A stretch of 51,921 nucleotides of DNA from Fibrobacteria bacterium. GTDB taxonomy: Bacteria; Fibrobacterota; Chitinivibrionia; Chitinivibrionales; FEN-1185. The DNA lies in the NCBI GenBank assembly GCA_037447435.1, contig JBBIGR010000038.1:1-51921 (forward strand), read 5' to 3'. Shown in pieces: positions 46,521 through 51,921 of this stretch (its first letter is position 1; each line of letters starts with the position of its first letter). The notes under the pieces are model-generated. The model made no database searches. It was given only the letters and a program-made list of their open reading frames with translations, and was not told the origin of the DNA. The position numbers and the translations under genes were made by a program.

Positions 46521-47366
46521 ATGCCTCGCATCAATCATAATGTCTCGGCCATGATAACCGGCAATGCGTTACGTGCGGTTGATCGGCAAATGCAAAAGTC
46601 TTTGGAAAAATTGTCCACCGGTCTCAGAATAAATCGGGCCTCGGACGATGCCGCGGGTCTGTCGGTATCGGAACAATTACGCACCCAGGTTACCGGTTTG
46701 GCTATGGGCGGAAGAAACGCCCAGGACGGTGTTTCTCTTGTCAACATAGCGGAAGGTGCGCTTACCGAACTTGAATCCATGATCCAGCGTATGCGCGAAC
46801 TTTCGGTTCAGGCATCCAACGATACATTGACATCATTGGAACGCGGATACATACAAGTCGAATTCGACCAGCTCCGCGGTGAAATAGACCGAATCGTTGG
46901 GGCGACACAATTCAACAGCATGAATCTTCTCGACGGTTCAGCTCCCTGGGGAACGACCGGCGGTGTTTTGCATGTCGGCCCGAACAATGTGACCACAAGC
47001 GATGTCATCATGGTCACCATTGCCGGCGTCAATACAAACCAGCTCAATATAAGCATGAACCAGAATTTGTTCGTGACCGATCAATTGTCGGCAAGCGGAG
47101 CAATCAACAGGCTGGATGTTGCCCTCAACAGCGTCAATACGCTGCGTGCCAATCTTGGAGCAATAACCAACAGACTTGAACATGCCATTACCAATCAGGA
47201 AAACCAACAGCAGAACATGCAGGCTGCCGAGTCAACAATCCGGGACGCCGACTTTGCGTATGAAACAACGCAATTTACGCGAAACCAGATTATTACGCAA
47301 TCGTCAACAGCCATGTTGGCACAGGCCAATCAATTACCTCAAAGCATATTGAGCCTGTTGAAATAG
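46521..47366 (+). CDS. fliC: Flagellin (short, 281 aa)
   Basis: LEKLSTGLRINRASDDAAGL, RANLGAITNRLE and AESTIRDADFA motifs. Confidence 0.98.
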   Translation: MPRINHNVSAMITGNALRAVDRQMQKSLEKLSTGLRINRASDDAAGLSVSEQLRTQVTGLAMGGRNAQDGVSLVNIAEGALTELESMIQRMRELSVQASNDTLTSLERGYIQVEFDQLRGEIDRIVGATQFNSMNLLDGSAPWGTTGGVLHVGPNNVTTSDVIMVTIAGVNTNQLNISMNQNLFVTDQLSASGAINRLDVALNSVNTLRANLGAITNRLEHAITNQENQQQNMQAAESTIRDADFAYETTQFTRNQIITQSSTAMLAQANQLPQSILSLLK

Positions 47367-47375
47367 CCCGAATTC

Positions 47376-47423
47376 GCAATGCGGAAGCATGGTTGCTGAA
47401 ACGGCAAAATGCTTCCGCATTGC
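47376..47423 (+). terminator. Long hairpin after flagellin (terminator or 3' stabiliser)
   Basis: Perfect 15-bp inverted repeat GCAATGCGGAAGCAT/ATGCTTCCGCATTGC with an inner TTGCTG-AAA-CGGCAA stem; no U tract. Confidence 0.65.
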
Positions 47424-47528
47424 ATGGAATTGAAACCTTGAAAAAAAAATCAATTGAGTACTTGTAGTCATGCTTGCAATAAACGATTTTTATACCTCAT
47501 TTGATTTTTTATTTGGAGAATATTTCGT

Positions 47529-47948
47529 ATGAGCGATTTTTTCAAAGACCTTGTTTATGCCAAAGAGGACATTATTTCCTTCCCTCATGGTATTCCTGGC
47601 TTTGAGACCAGAAAAGATTTTGTCCTTGTTCAAATTCCCGATTTTGTTCCGTTTGAATGGCTTGTTTGTATCGACGGTTCCCGCCTGCGGTTTGCTATAA
47701 TCAATCCATTGCTTTTTTGCCCTGATTATTCTCCCAATTTTGGAAAAGATCAATTGGAAGAATTACAGATATTTAAACCCGAAGACATATTGCTGTATAC
47801 CATAGTCACCATTTCCGACAACCCATTGCAATCAACGGCAAACATGATAGGCCCGGTCATTATCAATAAAACAAAACGCATTGCAAAACAAGTCATCATC
47901 GATGATGAACGATACAGCACCCGAGAGCCTATTCTGAGGAAGAACTAG
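47529..47948 (+). CDS. fliW: Flagellar assembly factor FliW
   Basis: FPHGIPGFE, FAIINP...PDYSP and STANMIGPVIIN motifs. Confidence 0.95.
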   Translation: MSDFFKDLVYAKEDIISFPHGIPGFETRKDFVLVQIPDFVPFEWLVCIDGSRLRFAIINPLLFCPDYSPNFGKDQLEELQIFKPEDILLYTIVTISDNPLQSTANMIGPVIINKTKRIAKQVIIDDERYSTREPILRKN

Positions 47949-47951
47949 CAC

Positions 47952-48191
47952 ATGCTCGTACTTACCCGAAAACTCGGCGAATCCATCCGTATCGGCGATA
48001 ATATTATTGTTAAAGTCGTTGATTTGGACAGCCGCCATGTCAAACTCGGCATCGACGCACCAAAATCGGTTTCGGTTAACCGCGAAGAAATTTACGAGCG
48101 TATTCAAAACGAAAATAAAGCCGCATCGGCATCAAAAGATTTAGGTCTTAAAAACATTGCAGATGCATTCAGGAAGAAACAATCCGAATAA
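47952..48191 (+). CDS. csrA: Carbon storage regulator CsrA
   Basis: MLVLTRKLGESIRIGD...GIDAPKSVSVNREEIY with the FliW-type C-terminal ENKAA extension. Confidence 0.98.
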   Translation: MLVLTRKLGESIRIGDNIIVKVVDLDSRHVKLGIDAPKSVSVNREEIYERIQNENKAASASKDLGLKNIADAFRKKQSE

Positions 48192-48313
48192 CTTTCTTTA
48201 AACTATTGGATTTTTTTTCCCTCTCGTAGCACCAATTTTTCCCCTATTTTGCCATTCCGTAATTTCCACATTCATTCCCAACCTTTTTTAGCCGTTTTTT
48301 TGCTATAAAAAAT

Positions 48314-48328
48314 TGGTCTGTTATTTGC
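48314..48328 (+). promoter_or_regulatory. Putative sigma54 promoter for merR-GT2
   Basis: TGGTCT-GTTAT-TTGC with correct GG/GC spacing. Confidence 0.5.
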
Positions 48329-48373
48329 ATGTATATCGCCTATAACTTAAAGTGGAATTTGAAGGAGTGATTT

Positions 48374-48748
48374 ATGACTATTCTCAATTCGCATTCAATT
48401 AAAGAGGATCCATTGTATGGAATTGGCGATGTTTCAAAAATTTGCGATATTCCAACTCATACTATCCGCTTTTGGGAAAAAGAATTCTGCGATTTCCTTT
48501 CCGTCTCCAGGACAATAGGAAAGCAGCGAAGGTACACGGATGCGGATATTGCTCAGATAGAAAACATCAAAAAACTCCTCTACGTCGAACGGTACAGCAT
48601 TCAAGGAGCGAAAAGAGTTCTGGCTGCGCCAAATGCCGTGCCATTTTCATCGCCAAACGCTCAAACGAAATTTCCCGATACCCGGCAATTGGCTTTTCAA
48701 ATAGCTCAAGTCATCCAGGAACAATTGACAAAAGCACAATGCGCCTAA
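48374..48748 (+). CDS. MerR-family HTH regulator (short, no effector domain)
   Basis: YGIGDVSKICDIPTHTIRFWEKEF..GKQRRY..IKKLLY..YSIQGAK. Confidence 0.92.
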   Translation: MTILNSHSIKEDPLYGIGDVSKICDIPTHTIRFWEKEFCDFLSVSRTIGKQRRYTDADIAQIENIKKLLYVERYSIQGAKRVLAAPNAVPFSSPNAQTKFPDTRQLAFQIAQVIQEQLTKAQCA

Positions 48749-48765
48749 AACCTTGGAGGCGAGGT

Positions 48766-50382
48766 ATGAACCGTTCTTTTGAAGGAATTGAGCTGCAAGA
48801 CAACAGCGTATTCGAAAACGCGCCGTACCGTACGGGCAACAGGTGCTACTACCTAAAAATGCACATCGAACGGCATGGACCGATCGCCTATTTAACGGCA
48901 TTACGCAAGCGGTTGTCGCTCGGGCTGTACTCGTTTGAAGAATTTGCGATAAAAGCGGCACAGGCTTACTTATGGGCAAAAAGGCCGTATCGCTGCCTTG
49001 CATTGCTTAACTCTTTGTCGGATCACGCGCACTATCCTTCCGCAATTGTCGATCAATTGCGAAATGAGGCTTTTTTCTGCGCAAGTTCAGCGGGGGTTCT
49101 ATGCTCGTTGAACATGATCGTGAAAAATGAAGAAGCGCATATTGGTACTGCGCTGGAATCGATCGACGATCTTGCCGACGAGATCGTGATTTGCGATACC
49201 GGTTCCACAGACCAAACCGCCTATTTCGCATCGCTTTTTGGCGTTAAAATTATTTATCGGGAATGGTCTAACGATTTTAGCGCTGCGCGAAATACGGCAA
49301 TCGACAACAGTATGGGTAATTGGATTTTCTGGCTGGATGCCGACGACAAGTTCGATCCGGCTTCAAAGGAAAACTTCGTAAAGATCCTTTCAAAAACGGC
49401 CCCGCACGCCGCAGCTTTTCGTATTGTAAACATACAAGACAATATGCAGGGTGCGGATTTCATGCAAGTAAGGCTGTTCCCCCGAATCAAAGGCGCCCGT
49501 TTTTCACAGCGCATTCATGAACAGATAATTCCCAGCCTGAGACGGCTCGATATTCCGTTCGAGCAATATCCTATAATCAACATTTTCCATACGGGATACA
49601 ACGATGCCGAAGCGAATGTAAAAAAAGCAATCAGAAATAAACCCCTTATCCAGGCCGAATTGGCCGAACATCCCGATTCTGCCGTGTTGCTGCTTAGCAT
49701 GGCCGATTGTCATATGATAGCCGGTGAAGCAAAAGAGGCCCTGGCATTATACGAACGAATCGTCGCACATCCCGTAGCGCGATATCAGCACCCCGATGTT
49801 TTTATACAGGCGCATTTTAATATCGGCTTGTTATATCGGAACATTGGAAAAAACACCATTGCAAAAATATGGCTGCAAAAAACCATACAACTCGACGACT
49901 TGCGCACGGAAGCCGCCTATCTGCTTGGTCTTATTGCCGGTGAAGAAAACCGTTCTGATGCGGCATTCGAATATTTCCTTTCCTGCAGCCGGAAAATACC
50001 GCCGGTGCGACACACCGCAACCGATGGAAAAAAAATAAGGATCGATTCGATTTGCCGGGTATGCGAGTACTTATTTGAAAAGGGTTTGTTTGAGCAGTGC
50101 GAAACGATTTTAACCTCTTCGCTGGAACAATTCCCACAAGTAGTGAATTTCCACTCCCTGTTGGGCAACGTCTATTTGCACAAAGCGGATATTACGGGTG
50201 CGGCTCGTCATTTCATGACTTCTCTGAGCCTTTTTCCCCATCATAATTACCAAGCCTGCAAGGGCATGGCTGAAATCTATTTGCTCCTGAACGATAAAAA
50301 GAAAGCATCCGAATTCATTGCAATGGCAGAACGTGAGAACGGCATTTCGTATTATTCGGAATTGTCAAAATCGGCAGCGTAG
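48766..50382 (+). CDS. GT2 glycosyltransferase with TPR repeats (likely flagellin glycosyltransferase)
   Basis: SLNMIVKNEE, DTGSTD, DFSAARN, WLDADD, RIHEQ and HTGY motifs followed by TPRs; GGAGG/GAGG RBS before ATG 48766. Confidence 0.88.
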   Translation: MNRSFEGIELQDNSVFENAPYRTGNRCYYLKMHIERHGPIAYLTALRKRLSLGLYSFEEFAIKAAQAYLWAKRPYRCLALLNSLSDHAHYPSAIVDQLRNEAFFCASSAGVLCSLNMIVKNEEAHIGTALESIDDLADEIVICDTGSTDQTAYFASLFGVKIIYREWSNDFSAARNTAIDNSMGNWIFWLDADDKFDPASKENFVKILSKTAPHAAAFRIVNIQDNMQGADFMQVRLFPRIKGARFSQRIHEQIIPSLRRLDIPFEQYPIINIFHTGYNDAEANVKKAIRNKPLIQAELAEHPDSAVLLLSMADCHMIAGEAKEALALYERIVAHPVARYQHPDVFIQAHFNIGLLYRNIGKNTIAKIWLQKTIQLDDLRTEAAYLLGLIAGEENRSDAAFEYFLSCSRKIPPVRHTATDGKKIRIDSICRVCEYLFEKGLFEQCETILTSSLEQFPQVVNFHSLLGNVYLHKADITGAARHFMTSLSLFPHHNYQACKGMAEIYLLLNDKKKASEFIAMAERENGISYYSELSKSAA

Positions 50383-50435
50383 AACGAATGGTTTATTTTG
50401 AATGCTGAGGGGTAACCACCGAGAAATAAAAACGA

Positions 50436-50461
50436 AACGGCGCATTTGAAAATGCGCCGTT
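50436..50461. terminator. Hairpin between convergent genes (probable bidirectional terminator)
   Basis: AACGGCGCATT-TGAA-AATGCGCCGTT. Confidence 0.7.
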
Positions 50462-50488
50462 ATCATTTAGACAAGCCTTGTTACCGAG

Positions 50489-51919
50489 CTACTTTTTTAA
50501 GCTCTTAAGGTCTTTTATTTCATTCTTAAGTTCCAAAATCTCTTTTTGTTGTTCCTTTACGGCTTCAACCAGGAGTGCCGTAAGTTTATCATACGACAAA
50601 GACTTGTAGCCATCTTTGTCGGTATTTACGACTTCGGGTACAATTTTCTCCATATCTTGCGCAATAAACCCGATTTGTTTTCCTTCAGAGAAGTTTTTCT
50701 GCGGCCATTTTTCCCGATCCCAATTATAATTAACTCCCTGAAGTTTTATTACCTTGGAAAGCGATGAGTCTAACGGAACGATATCGGTTTTATAACGACG
50801 ATCTGAAGAGCAATAGGCTGATTGAACGTCTGTTGCGCAAGCACGAATGGTGCCGTCGACTTGTAAAATAGGATCACCTGAGTTGTTTCCCGCAGCAACG
50901 GCATTACCTATTCGTACCCCGTATTCATTTACGCCAAGTTTATTATTAAGAGACATACCGGCTTGAATGAATATGGAAGATGAATTGTCGCTCGTATGAT
51001 GGATATACGAGTTGCCCGCCCTGGAAAAAGATAAGTCGTTACAACCAAGTACGGCATTTTGTGTTCCGTTATCAACTTTTATATTTCCGTTGAGAACGTG
51101 GAGCTTTTCGGAAGGGGTAGTATCGCCGATACCAACATTGCCGCCATTAATAACGAATGGTCTGGAATGTTGCAAATTTAACTGGAGAGGCGGTAATGAA
51201 AGTGCCGCATTGTAATCAAGTCTGGCAACGTCTCCGTACCCGCCGCCGCTGTTTGAAAATGCTAAAAAAGTTTGACTCCCAGAATTCGGGACAAGAATAT
51301 CCAGAAAACATCCAGGGGTTGTAGTGCCAATGCCAACCTTGCTACTTGCTGTAACGGTTGCAACGCTCACCTTTGTTCCTGCGTTTATGTCCGCGCCGGT
51401 TATTCCGCCGTTGAGGATTTTATTGCTGTCGACGGCATTTGCCGCAAGTTTTGCATTGGTGACCGAACCGTCGGCAATCGAACCGCTTCCTGCCGCGGTA
51501 ATTTTTTTCGCCACCCACGCGCTGTCGACCTTGGTCGCGAGCGTACCCTGCACTAATGTCAAGTCGGCCGTATTTGCCTTTACAGACACTTTCGTATTGA
51601 CCAGCGTCGTATCCGCCTTTATGCCGATTTGCGATTGCAGCGCCGTTACCGACGTTGCGTTGGCCTTTTTAGCCAGAGAGTCCTGCAGCCCGGTTACCGA
51701 TGCAACCGTGGCCGGGGCGGATGGTACATTTGTTAAGCTGCTGCCGTCGCCCGCAAATTTGTCGGCAGTCACGGTGCCGGTCACTTTTATGCCGCCGCTT
51801 TGCGTTTTTATAACTTCACCCTCATTCGGCGTTTGCATGAACATATAACCGTTACTCGCATCGCCGGTCCACCCTACCTTGCCGGTTTTCGTCGCGCCGG
51901 TCGTGTCGTAGAACTGCAC
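50489..51919 (-). CDS. Fibre/tail-fibre-like protein with C-terminal peptidase S74 intramolecular chaperone (5' part outside the window)
   Basis: SSDRRYKTDI, GVNYNW, QIGFIAQDMEKIVPEVV and YDKLTALLVEAVKEQQ motifs; VGIGTTTP and GNVGIGDTTPSEKLHV repeats. Confidence 0.88.
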   Translation of the reverse strand: MQFYDTTGATKTGKVGWTGDASNGYMFMQTPNEGEVIKTQSGGIKVTGTVTADKFAGDGSSLTNVPSAPATVASVTGLQDSLAKKANATSVTALQSQIGIKADTTLVNTKVSVKANTADLTLVQGTLATKVDSAWVAKKITAAGSGSIADGSVTNAKLAANAVDSNKILNGGITGADINAGTKVSVATVTASSKVGIGTTTPGCFLDILVPNSGSQTFLAFSNSGGGYGDVARLDYNAALSLPPLQLNLQHSRPFVINGGNVGIGDTTPSEKLHVLNGNIKVDNGTQNAVLGCNDLSFSRAGNSYIHHTSDNSSSIFIQAGMSLNNKLGVNEYGVRIGNAVAAGNNSGDPILQVDGTIRACATDVQSAYCSSDRRYKTDIVPLDSSLSKVIKLQGVNYNWDREKWPQKNFSEGKQIGFIAQDMEKIVPEVVNTDKDGYKSLSYDKLTALLVEAVKEQQKEILELKNEIKDLKSLKK

Positions 51920-51921
51920 CG

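Noticed and set aside
48442..48765. N-terminal extension of the glycosyltransferase ORF
   Set aside because: It overlaps merR out of frame; a strong RBS supports ATG 48766.

Overview
Bacterial chromosomal window with no rRNA, tRNA, CRISPR array or intact transposase. The organism is diderm and flagellated; the gene set and protein style suggest a Fibrobacterota/Chitinivibrionia-like lineage, which is inference only. From left to right: (1) an AT-richer accessory block (1-7.9 kb) with a pstS-porin-pstC-pstA phosphate uptake locus, a DUF134/NifX pair, a PaaI thioesterase, a thioredoxin, an orphan degenerate nucleotidyltransferase and two gene remnants (TauE, ArsR); (2) a minus-strand dcw cluster (mraZ-rsmH-ftsL-ftsI-orf69-murE-murF-murD-ftsW-murG-murC-ftsQ-ftsA-ftsZ) lacking mraY, murB and ddl; (3) a phosphohexomutase, an MCE/Mla-type transporter with a TPR lipoprotein, engB, a PIN toxin-antitoxin pair, trpD, a frameshifted 7TM-DISM hybrid kinase, aroD, two radical SAM enzymes, a secreted LRR protein and an amber-interrupted porin; (4) a flagellar block with sigma54-type promoters (flgJ/SLT-flgN-flgK-flgL-fliC-fliW-csrA-merR-GT2/TPR); (5) the 3' end of an S74-chaperone fibre protein. 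The most unusual signal is an unannotated three-copy intergenic element of two hairpins plus a GTACTAA end (1734, 4721, 28325), with compensatory base changes between copies. Also notable: sigma54-type promoters on the pst genes, a small unknown gene coupled into the dcw operon, and a beta-domain motif shared by FlgK and FlgL.
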